From Candidatus Latescibacterota bacterium (GTDB taxonomy: Bacteria; Latescibacterota; UBA2968; UBA8231), in assembly GCA_965208105.1 (NCBI GenBank), contig OZ242318.1, positions 3,072,001 to 3,136,000 on the forward strand: DNA of 64,000 bases, in the 5' to 3' direction. Of this stretch, positions 1 to 8,120 are shown piece after piece. A model generated the notes under the pieces. That model was not told the origin of the DNA and did no database searches. It saw only the letters and a program-made list of their open reading frames with translations. The first letter of the stretch is position 1. Every line of letters begins with the position of its first letter. The position numbers were made by a program, and so were the translations under genes.

Positions 1-985
1 GAGCAAAGCCGCAGTCGGGGTTGAGCACTATCCTCTCAGGAGGCAGGATATCAAGCACTTTCTCAACCCGGTTGACAATGGTCTCGGGTGTATCCACCTC
101 GCCGGGTTGCACCCCCACGCAGCCAAGACCGATCTCGAAGTCTTCGCGCAGGTCCTTGAAGATTTCGGGGCCACCCGCCTCGGGGCTGCTGAACTCCAGG
201 GTCAAATGGTCGATGGCCAGGCGGTTCACATACGGCAGGATTGGAGCGTAGTCCCCGCTGTGGAAGGCCTCGCCGCGGACCCTGGCCCCGGCGCGCCGAC
301 AAAGATGCACCGCCACCTTGACTCCGCTGATCCCCGCGACGACCTCGTTGTTCGTCGCCACCGAGAAATCCGCCTCTTCGTCGGGGTCCTCGTACTGGGC
401 TCTCACCCTGGGGTCCACAAGCAGACACAGGTGGGGGTCGTCGATCTGAACAATATCCACGCCTTCGTCGCGAAGCAATTCCACCTCCCGGCGGAGGAAA
501 GGCACACAGGCACGCACGAAGTCCCGCCTGGAGGGGTATGCCCTTGCCGACTTTTCAGGGTCCCACATGCGCTCTCCCAACAGCCCCGGGGCGGGAAGAG
601 TCACCTTGATTTTTGCTCCGGAGACACGCTTCAAATACTGGGCTTCCCGTACGACGAATCCCGGGTTTTTCGGGGCGAGCTCGTCCACCACGACTGTCCA
701 GGGACGTCCGTCCTCAGGATTGTGGCCGACCTCGAAACCTTCCGCCAGTTCAGCAATCACCCCCATGTAGGAGCTGCGGCGCCACTCCCCATCGGTAATC
801 ACGTCCAGTCCGGCAGCCTCCTGAAGGGCGGCCACGTAGGGAATGGCCATTTCCAGGATCCGTTCGCGCTCCTCGGGAGGCTGGGAAGGATCGGCCATGG
901 CCGCCGAGCGCACAAAGTCAGAGCGCGGCATCGAGCCAACGACACTGGCTGGAAAAAGCACTCCATAATCGTCTAGCGTGGACAT
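1..985 (-). CDS. Cobalamin-independent methionine synthase II family (MetE C-terminal-like) protein; runs off the window start
   Basis: Not in the ORF track because there is no stop in the window. Manual translation from ATG 985 gives MSTLDDYGVLFPASVVGSMPRS..QEAAGLDVITDGEWRR..IVQIDDPHL..AVHLCR..LTLEF..IVLNPDCGFA, i.e. the MetE-type Zn ligands HxC, E and PDCG. Confidence 0.85.
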   Translation of the reverse strand, partial: MSTLDDYGVLFPASVVGSMPRSDFVRSAAMADPSQPPEERERILEMAIPYVAALQEAAGLDVITDGEWRRSSYMGVIAELAEGFEVGHNPEDGRPWTVVVDELAPKNPGFVVREAQYLKRVSGAKIKVTLPAPGLLGERMWDPEKSARAYPSRRDFVRACVPFLRREVELLRDEGVDIVQIDDPHLCLLVDPRVRAQYEDPDEEADFSVATNNEVVAGISGVKVAVHLCRRAGARVRGEAFHSGDYAPILPYVNRLAIDHLTLEFSSPEAGGPEIFKDLREDFEIGLGCVGVQPGEVDTPETIVNRVEKVLDILPPERIVLNPDCGFA

Positions 986-1764
986 GGAGCACTTCTTTCA
1001 GTGACGCCGGTCTCGGGGGGCCAATGGGCATTGGCGAGTTCAAAGTCTTCCTCGGTATCGATTTCCATGTACTCTCCCGCGGTGGTGACCATGTGAATGT
1101 CCAGGTTCTGCTCCAGCATATGCTGAAGCAGGTGAATCAGATAGGCTTTCTCGAATACAGTTCCGCCTTTCCAGACCTGTCCGGCAAACTCCTGCCGGAG
1201 CCGGCTGTAGTGCTCCTGCAGTTGGCTGGCAGCCGCGGCGCTGAACTTTGCTACTCCGATGAATTCGCCGCTGGCTTCTTCCGGGGGAATGCCGCGGTCT
1301 ATCCTGACGATTCGATCACCCTCGGCGATTACTTTTTCCGCGTCGTCCTCCAAATGACAGGTGCGAGCGGCATAGCGGCTGCGCCAATCGATGTCGACGC
1401 ACAGCACCATTTCGCCTTTGTGCTCGAGGGCCCGCCGCACCACTCCGGAGCGAAACAGAATGTCTGCGTAAGAGCACACGAAGCCTTCGTCCATGTGATT
1501 GCCGGCATAAAACAGGGATGCGAGGATATTGTTGTTGGGCCAGTCGGTATTGTGGCAAAAGGACAGCTGGGGGTAGTCGGCCCGAAGCCGGTCGATTTGA
1601 TAGCCGCCGATGAAAACCGGGTGCCTCAACCCTGCCTCGTCAAGGGCACTCAGCAGCCAGTCGAGGATGCGGCGGCCTCCGACGGGCGCATAGCACTTTG
1701 GCTGGTTGGAGGTGAGGGCATTCAGTCTGCTGCCTCGGCCAGCTCCGATGATGATTGGTCGCAC
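973..1764 (-). CDS. NTP transferase, phosphocholine/sugar-phosphate cytidylyltransferase family
   Basis: IIIGAGRGSRL..PK signature, CSYAD and EIDTEED motifs. GTG start at 1764 follows AGGAGG. Overlaps the next gene by 13 nt. Confidence 0.85.
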   Translation of the reverse strand: MRPIIIGAGRGSRLNALTSNQPKCYAPVGGRRILDWLLSALDEAGLRHPVFIGGYQIDRLRADYPQLSFCHNTDWPNNNILASLFYAGNHMDEGFVCSYADILFRSGVVRRALEHKGEMVLCVDIDWRSRYAARTCHLEDDAEKVIAEGDRIVRIDRGIPPEEASGEFIGVAKFSAAAASQLQEHYSRLRQEFAGQVWKGGTVFEKAYLIHLLQHMLEQNLDIHMVTTAGEYMEIDTEEDFELANAHWPPETGVTERSAPCPR

Positions 1765-1891
1765 AAGTCCTCCTGGTGGAATTGAAGTCAATTATAGAAT
1801 GGCTTGGTGCGGAGCGCAATCCGCTTGTCGCATTTCTCGAGAACGAGCCCCACCATTCGCTAGCGCCGGAGACCCGTCCAACCAGGCATAA

Positions 1892-1961
1892 TGATATCAA
1901 AAAAAGACTGCAAATAAGGCGATAACTTGACTTTGATGTCATTTTACGATATCATAGGTAT
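1892..1961 (+). promoter_or_regulatory. Sigma-70 promoter of hicAB with palindromic operator-like boxes
   Basis: TTGACT 1927-1932, 17 nt spacer, TATCAT 1950-1955. TGATATCA-like boxes at 1892-1899, 1934-1941 and 1947-1954. Confidence 0.65.
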
Positions 1962-2219
1962 ATGAAAAAACGCTATAGAAAGATGGTCCGGGAGATTTTT
2001 GCCGAACCGCGCCTGGCTATCTTCAGGTGGGGTGGTGTCGAAAAGTTGCTCAGGAAAGGTCTGGGGGCGACCTTGAGCGAGCGGGCAGACGGGAGGTTTG
2101 TGGTTTTGCTGAACGACCGGATAGCCGTGTTTTGCCGGGAGGAAGGTGGTGGCCGGTTGGACGAGGGTTCGGTAAGGGACCTGAGGAGATTTTTACAGAA
2201 TTCGGGAGTCGGGCCTTGA
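1962..2219 (+). CDS. hicA: HicA-family toxin homologue
   Basis: 85 aa and basic. IFAEP..FRWGGVEKLL..LGA..ERADGRFVVLLN..AVF..DEGSVRDLRRFL matches the HicA layout. Its stop overlaps the hicB start. Confidence 0.7.
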   Translation: MKKRYRKMVREIFAEPRLAIFRWGGVEKLLRKGLGATLSERADGRFVVLLNDRIAVFCREEGGGRLDEGSVRDLRRFLQNSGVGP

Positions 2220-2542
2220 TCGAGTACAGAGGATATAAAGGAGTCCTGGAATACGACTCCGAGATGGACGCATTCCACGGAACGGTGGTCAATACCAACG
2301 ACGTGGTGAACTTCTACGGAGAATCGGCGGCGGAGCTCAGGGAGGAAATGAAGAAGTCCATCGAGGAGTATCTCGCATTTTGCCGCGAACGGGGAAGAGA
2401 TCCGGAGAAGCCGTTCTCGGGAAAATTGATGATCCGCGCGAGCCCTGAACTTCACCGCCGGGTGGCCCTCGAAGCGGCTCGCCAACGCAAAAGCATGAAT
2501 ACCTGGGTGCAGGAGATATTGGAGAAGGCGCTCCCGGGATGA
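2216..2542 (+). CDS. hicB: HicB-family antitoxin with C-terminal RHH
   Basis: EYRGYKG..FHGTV..DVVNFYGES..SIEEYLAFC..PEKPFSGKLMIRASPELHRR..SMNTWV. TTG start overlaps the hicA TGA. Confidence 0.9.
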   Translation: MIEYRGYKGVLEYDSEMDAFHGTVVNTNDVVNFYGESAAELREEMKKSIEEYLAFCRERGRDPEKPFSGKLMIRASPELHRRVALEAARQRKSMNTWVQEILEKALPG

Positions 2543-2674
2543 ACCGCCGGGTCGTATCTCCATTCCTGTACCTTCGGCCCCGAGGCCGACCTGGTGCTGT
2601 TCCCCCGACCCTGGTTGACAGCGGCAGCGGCAGACCCTATCTCTCCTTATTCTCTCGAGCCGAAGGGGCAATGG

Positions 2675-3943
2675 ATGTCTGAGCGTTTGCGTTTGGCGAT
2701 CGTCGGCTGCGGAGGAATGGGCAACCGCCACCTTTTGGGCCTGGCTGAATTGCAGCAGATCGGCCTGTCCCCTTTTGAGCTGGCCGGGGTCTGCGACCCC
2801 GACCAGGAAAACGCTCGTTCCCTGGCGGCTCGCGCCGAGAAGTTGTTGGGTGCCAGGCCCGCTGTCGCCGGAAACCTGGACGAGTTGTCAAAGACTGGAG
2901 CTATCGACGCCGTTGACAGCTGCACCTTGCCGGCGTACCACCACACCGTGGCGGTGCAGGCACTGCAGCGCGGATGGCACGTTCTCAGTGAGAAGCCCCT
3001 GGGATTGACCGTCCGCGCCTGCAGGCAGGTATGCGACGCAGCCCGGGACAGCTCCCTGACTCTGTCCGTTGCCGAGAACTTCCGCCGCGATCCCATGAAC
3101 CGCCTGGCGAAGGCGGTTCTCGACCAGGGCATCATCGGCCAACCCCGCCTCATGATCCACCACGCCCTGGGGGGCGGCGATCGCATGTTCATCAGCACCT
3201 GGCGCCACCAGAAAAATTCCAGCGGCCTTCTCCTCGATGCCGGCGTCCACTATGCCGACATCATGGAGTACTTTCTGGGACAGGCGGTCACCGCCTTCGC
3301 CCAGGTCAGGCTCCACGAAAAGATCCGCAAAAAAGCGGAGAACACCGACGTCGAGAGCAGTGGCTTCATCGGTGAGATCTACGGACAGTGGCAGCAGGAT
3401 ATGCCGGACGAGTTCGAAGCCACCGCGGAAGATGCAGCTTATGCCACCATACTCTTTTCAAGCGGCGCGGTGGCCCAATTCATTGAAGACCACGCGGTGC
3501 GCGGCGAAAGCGGGTGGAAGCGCGCTCTTTACGGCAGCCTGGGCTCTATGGACCTGCCAGGCGACCGCAGCGGGAGGCGCTTGCGGCTCTTTCTGGAAGG
3601 AAGGGACCCCATCGACGGCCACGGGCTCCTGGAGCTGGTCCCCGACTTTCATCTGGATTCGGCCACGGCCGCTCTCTTTGGCGGAGACCGCATTTGCGAG
3701 TACCAATTCGACTTCGGAGCGATTGACCGCAAGCTTATCGCGGTGGAGTACAGCGACTTTGGTGCGGCCATCCTGGAGAAGCAGCCGCCCGAGGTGGACG
3801 CCGATCAGGGTTTCCGGTCCGTGGCTTTGATTTATGCCGTTCTGGAGTCACAGGTTGCCCGGCGGGCGGTGGAGGTCGCCGAAGTCCTGGAAGACCGAAT
3901 GAACGCCTACCAGGAAGAAATCAACGCCAGCATTGGTCTCTGA
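2675..3943 (+). CDS. Gfo/Idh/MocA family oxidoreductase
   Basis: AIVGCGGMG Rossmann motif, HVLSEKPL, LLDAGVHYAD. Confidence 0.9.
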   Translation: MSERLRLAIVGCGGMGNRHLLGLAELQQIGLSPFELAGVCDPDQENARSLAARAEKLLGARPAVAGNLDELSKTGAIDAVDSCTLPAYHHTVAVQALQRGWHVLSEKPLGLTVRACRQVCDAARDSSLTLSVAENFRRDPMNRLAKAVLDQGIIGQPRLMIHHALGGGDRMFISTWRHQKNSSGLLLDAGVHYADIMEYFLGQAVTAFAQVRLHEKIRKKAENTDVESSGFIGEIYGQWQQDMPDEFEATAEDAAYATILFSSGAVAQFIEDHAVRGESGWKRALYGSLGSMDLPGDRSGRRLRLFLEGRDPIDGHGLLELVPDFHLDSATAALFGGDRICEYQFDFGAIDRKLIAVEYSDFGAAILEKQPPEVDADQGFRSVALIYAVLESQVARRAVEVAEVLEDRMNAYQEEINASIGL

Positions 3944-3972
3944 ATCCTTCCAATTTCGACCCGGAGCCGTCC

Positions 3973-4779
3973 ATGCCTGCCATCCTTTGCCCCCGCTGCC
4001 ATAAACTGGTCAGTAGCGATGCCGCGGCATGTCCCCACTGCGGCCAACCCAGGCCCGGCCTGTGGGGGCTCACCTCCAAAGTGCGCAAACTGGGTCTGCG
4101 GCTCGATTTCCCCCGTTTGATCGTCCTCGTTTGCGGAGCGATCTACGTTCTTTCTCTTCTTGCCGACCCGGGGGCCATCTTTCAGTTCCGGGGATTGGCC
4201 GGCTTCCTTGCACCGAGCGCGGAGGCCAGCTTCAGATTCGGAATGACGGGAAGGATCCCCGTAGTTGGCTATGGCCACTGGTGGACCATGGTTACGGCGA
4301 TTTACCTGCACGGGGGCATCCTGCACATCTTCTTCAACATGATGTGGGTGCGGCAACTTGGACCGCTGGTGGAGGAGCTCTTCGGACCCTTCCGCCTCTT
4401 CGTTATCTTCACGGTATCCGGTGTGGTGGGATTTATTTTTTCGGTTCTCTCGGGCAGCGGCTTTACCCTCGGGGCCTCGGGTTCCATTTTCGGCCTGCTG
4501 GCGGCTGCCATCGTCTACGGCCGCCGGGTCGGGAGTTCCCTCTTCACGCGGCAGTTCCTGCAATGGGCCGTTATTCTCTTCATCTTCGGCCTGGTCTTCC
4601 CCGGAGTCGACAATTGGGCCCACCTGGGCGGCTTTGCAGGCGGCTACGCAGTGGCCTTCGTCCTCAGCCGCAGGGCAGGCCGCGAAGGCCTGGGGTCCTA
4701 CCTCGGCGCCGGGATTTGCCTGCTGCTCACCCTTTCCGCCTTCGCGCTGCAGCTATTCGCCATGCTTGGACTCTTCTAG
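3973..4779 (+). CDS. Rhomboid intramembrane serine protease with N-terminal Zn ribbon
   Basis: CPRC..CPHC at the N-terminus, LHGGILHIFFNM, GASG (catalytic Ser), AHLGG (catalytic His), multiple TM segments. Confidence 0.92.
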   Translation: MPAILCPRCHKLVSSDAAACPHCGQPRPGLWGLTSKVRKLGLRLDFPRLIVLVCGAIYVLSLLADPGAIFQFRGLAGFLAPSAEASFRFGMTGRIPVVGYGHWWTMVTAIYLHGGILHIFFNMMWVRQLGPLVEELFGPFRLFVIFTVSGVVGFIFSVLSGSGFTLGASGSIFGLLAAAIVYGRRVGSSLFTRQFLQWAVILFIFGLVFPGVDNWAHLGGFAGGYAVAFVLSRRAGREGLGSYLGAGICLLLTLSAFALQLFAMLGLF

Positions 4780-4783
4780 GGAA

Positions 4784-5470
4784 ATGAGCACGGACGACGG
4801 TGAATTGCTGGCCACCTTCGACGATGCGGGCAGGCGCCTGGGAGCAAAGCCGCGCGCTGCCGTCCATCGCGACGACGACTGGCACTGGCTCGTCTTCGTA
4901 TGGTCCGCCTACCTCGATGAGCAGAGGCGGTCCCGGATGGTGCTGCAGGTACGCTCCCGGCCAGGGGACCCCCACGTGGGCAGCGTGGACGCCCTGGCGG
5001 GGGGCCACGTGACCGAGGCCGAAACCCATGCCCAGGGGGCGCGGAGAGAGCTGGGCGAAGAAGCGGGGATCGATGTGGGGTGCGAGGATCTGGTCTACCT
5101 TGGCGTCAGGGCCCTGGAAAACCCCTCGGGCATCTGCCGCAAGGTGTTCCAGCATTTCTATCTCTTTGTCCGCCGCATCGATCTTTGCGCGCTGAAATTC
5201 AACCGGGAGGTGGGCGGGTTCGTAGATGTGGGACTGGAGGACTTTGCGGAGTTGCTCCATGGCCGGCGCGAACAGGTCGAGGCATTCGGCCGCTTCGCCT
5301 CCCGCAGAGATGAAATCGTGCCGGTGCGGATTACCCGGGAGTCCCTGGGCTCCTATTCAGACGCCATTTTGGACAGCTTCCGCTACTCGACAGAGGCCAT
5401 TCGCATCTATCTGCATGAGGACCGCAGCGATCCCGGGCTGTGGCGCAAGCCCATGCTTCCATCGATGTAG
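4784..5470 (+). CDS. NUDIX hydrolase
   Basis: Nudix box GGHVTEAETHAQGARRELGEEAGI and an IDI-like N-terminus (R..VHR..DWH). Confidence 0.8.
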   Translation: MSTDDGELLATFDDAGRRLGAKPRAAVHRDDDWHWLVFVWSAYLDEQRRSRMVLQVRSRPGDPHVGSVDALAGGHVTEAETHAQGARRELGEEAGIDVGCEDLVYLGVRALENPSGICRKVFQHFYLFVRRIDLCALKFNREVGGFVDVGLEDFAELLHGRREQVEAFGRFASRRDEIVPVRITRESLGSYSDAILDSFRYSTEAIRIYLHEDRSDPGLWRKPMLPSM

Positions 5471-6894
5471 GCTTGCAGCCTGGCGAGGGCAAGGCCGCTG
5501 TCCACGGCCGCCCGGACATCCTCCAGGGCGTGGCGTGGGTCGCTTGTCAAACCCAGCCAGTAATCGGTCATGGCGGCGTTGAACACTATGCGGTCGTACA
5601 CGTGGCCCCTTTCCCCTGAAAGCGCGGCCGTGCCGGCTTTTGCAAACGACTCGGGGCTAACCGCCTCCAATCGCGGACTATGGTCGTAGACGAAACCGAA
5701 TTCACGCGGATTCACGTCTCCGCTGAAATCGTTCCTCCCGTCTCCGACCCGCCTGAATCCCTGGGTGAAATTGACCGCCTTGCGTCCATTGCCGGATGGC
5801 TTTCCCAACCGCAGGGCATAGTGGCTCGAGCCCTCCTCTCCTTTGACGACCATTCCTGCGTCGAAGCCCCGCTCCCACATCGAACGCAGCAGGGGCTCTT
5901 CGTAGCCGGAGTGAAAGAAACCGACCACCATGTAGCTCGATCCGGCACAGGAAAAGATTTGCTGGGCTTTTTCGGTGGTTGCCCACGGCGGCCGCTTTTT
6001 GATGTGGGCTCGCAACTCTAGCATGGCAAAGGCTCTTGGGGCGTATTCGCGCTGGCTCAAGTAGGCGAATCCCACCTCGGGGTTTTCGATCAGGGCCGCC
6101 GCATCCGAAGGGGACAGGTTGGTGCGCGCGCCGAGGACCTTGAGGATTTTCTCTTCGGTGATCCCGTTCTTGGGAGGCATTTCTTCTACGCCGTAGAGGA
6201 TCGACGGCCGGCCCAGGGCTGAGCGCACGGCTGCCACGAAGATTGTGGGCCGCAAGTAGCGCGCCGCACCGTCGAAGGGCTGGCCGAAATGAGTCAGGGA
6301 GTCGGTAGAAACGCAGGGGAGGGATCGGGTTTCTCCCACGGCGTCGAGGTAGCCTCGCAGCTCGGCGTAGCTTTCCAGGTTCATGCGCTGTCCGATGAGG
6401 GCCGCAGCCTTGAGGGCGGCTGCGACCTCTCCCCTGAGGATGGTATCGAGCATGCGCCGGGTCTCCTCGTAGCTCAGGTGATTTCTTCCCAGGATCTTGG
6501 CGAGCGCAGCGGCGACGATACCTTCACCGCTGTTGGCGCCACTGTAGCCGTTTTCGGGGTGAAGCAGGAAGCGCACCTCGGCAGGCAGGCATCGATCCAG
6601 TTCGGGCCCGTGGTATTCAAAGGCAGCGGCCTCCGCCGGGCTCCATCCCGTCTTCCCTCCAAATCCCCTGCGGATGGCCATGGCCGCAAAGAAAGCCCCC
6701 ATCTGGGCCCGTGATGCCCTCCGTCTCCAGGGAATCTCGGCGCGTGCAGATCTGATGATCAACTCCAGGATGCGGCCGGGTTGGGGATCGTCCGGCTTCA
6801 TTCCCAGCGGACGTGTCTGCTGCGGTCCGGTGCAGACTCGTGCCTGGGCCTCCAGCACTTCCTCGTTGGGTCCTGGGAACTTGTTCGGGTGCAT
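5407..6894 (-). CDS. TrpD-like (glycosyl transferase family 3) protein, long form
   Basis: AQMGAFF, GQPFDG, MPPKNG, IKKRPPWATTEK, VVKGEEG and C-terminal DRIVFNAA..AVDSGLAL match the TrpD/YbiB-like fold. The canonical GTGGD PRPP motif is absent. Confidence 0.75.
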   Translation of the reverse strand: MHPNKFPGPNEEVLEAQARVCTGPQQTRPLGMKPDDPQPGRILELIIRSARAEIPWRRRASRAQMGAFFAAMAIRRGFGGKTGWSPAEAAAFEYHGPELDRCLPAEVRFLLHPENGYSGANSGEGIVAAALAKILGRNHLSYEETRRMLDTILRGEVAAALKAAALIGQRMNLESYAELRGYLDAVGETRSLPCVSTDSLTHFGQPFDGAARYLRPTIFVAAVRSALGRPSILYGVEEMPPKNGITEEKILKVLGARTNLSPSDAAALIENPEVGFAYLSQREYAPRAFAMLELRAHIKKRPPWATTEKAQQIFSCAGSSYMVVGFFHSGYEEPLLRSMWERGFDAGMVVKGEEGSSHYALRLGKPSGNGRKAVNFTQGFRRVGDGRNDFSGDVNPREFGFVYDHSPRLEAVSPESFAKAGTAALSGERGHVYDRIVFNAAMTDYWLGLTSDPRHALEDVRAAVDSGLALARLQAYIDGSMGLRHSPGSLRSSCR

Positions 6895-6922
6895 GTCAAC
6901 GATTGGCGGATGGGGTGCAGGT

Positions 6923-7858
6923 TCAGCTTATCTGGTCGATCAACCGCCGAATGTTGGCGTAGTTGGTGCTCATCGCCTCGACCGACGAGCCGCTGGCGGG
7001 CAGAAAGTGGGTGGCGATGGAGAGTACCACGTCGCAGTTATTGTCCCGCAGGTTGCGGAGAATCGTCGGGTAGTCCACGTCGCCTTCTCCAATCGGGGTG
7101 TACTCGAATTCCAGCTTCGAGCCGTCGATAGTGCGCAGGTCCTTGGCATGCACTCCGTGCAGGTAGGGGCGCAGATTCTCGAAACCCGCGGTGGCGTTGT
7201 CGGCCTCGCCGCAATTGAGGTTGTCCGCCGGACACCACAGTGCCTTGAGCCGCCGGGAACCGACCGCCTCCACGATGCGCCGGAAGTTCCTGCTGGTGTT
7301 GCCATAGTTCCACTGCATCATCAGCAGGGCGACGTCGAGGTCGTGCTTTTCGGCGAGTTCGGCGATCATGGAGAAGGCTTCCACCAGCTTCTCCATGTCC
7401 ACGTCGGCGATGATGCCCCCGCGAGTGGCCCAGCGCATGGGCCAGGTCGGTTTGCCGGCGGTATACTCGGCCGGCCAGGCGAAGGTGGAGCAGGCAACCG
7501 CACCCACTCCCAGGCGGGCGGCGACTTCCATCGAGCGCCTCAGCAGATCGTAGTGCTGTTTGAATTGTTCGTGCTCCAGCATCTTGCCCTGCTCGAGCTC
7601 GGCGAGGTGAACAGGTTTGAACAAACCGCCGCCGTCCAGAAGGAAGAATTCAAGGCCGTGGGCGGCGACTTGCCTTGCGGCCCTGTCGATCTCGGCGTCG
7701 GGAAGCTGGGCAAGGAGGCGATTTTCGGAATGGGCGCCGCACCAGACGTAGCGGGCACCGAGATCGCGCGCGGTGGCCAGCGATTCCTCGAAGGGCTGCC
7801 TTAGTTCGCCGAGATACATCCCCATCTTGAACTCATATGGTTTCGCCGAATCACTCAT
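6923..7858 (-). CDS. Sugar-phosphate isomerase/epimerase (xylose-isomerase-like TIM barrel)
   Basis: LHGVHAKD, PIGEGDVDYPTILRNL, LSIATH. AAAGGAG RBS. Confidence 0.8.
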   Translation of the reverse strand: MSDSAKPYEFKMGMYLGELRQPFEESLATARDLGARYVWCGAHSENRLLAQLPDAEIDRAARQVAAHGLEFFLLDGGGLFKPVHLAELEQGKMLEHEQFKQHYDLLRRSMEVAARLGVGAVACSTFAWPAEYTAGKPTWPMRWATRGGIIADVDMEKLVEAFSMIAELAEKHDLDVALLMMQWNYGNTSRNFRRIVEAVGSRRLKALWCPADNLNCGEADNATAGFENLRPYLHGVHAKDLRTIDGSKLEFEYTPIGEGDVDYPTILRNLRDNNCDVVLSIATHFLPASGSSVEAMSTNYANIRRLIDQIS

Positions 7859-8120
7859 GGTCGTGTCTCCTTTCAGTCGAGCCGGGGCCCTGTGGTCTGG
7901 TCAAGGATAGGCTGCCCATTGCGGCTGGTCAATGGGAAGGAGTGCCCGTGTCCGCCGCACCCTTCGCACCACGCCGAGCGCGGAGCAGGCGCGCAATTCT
8001 CCGTTGGTCCCTTTCCCGGAGCGCTTGCACCGGTCATGCTCTCTCCCCATTTTGAGGTCGGTAGGAAGATATCTCATTTGCTTCCACATCCCCTTCAAGC
8101 AGTGGTGTGAAAAAGGCTTC

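Noticed and set aside
107-976. 289-aa plus-strand ORF
   Set aside because: Antisense shadow of the MetE-like gene; no motifs.
5407-5470. 64-nt convergent overlap of NUDIX and TrpD-like genes as antisense regulation
   Set aside because: Short tail overlaps are common in GC-rich genomes, and nothing else supports a regulatory role.
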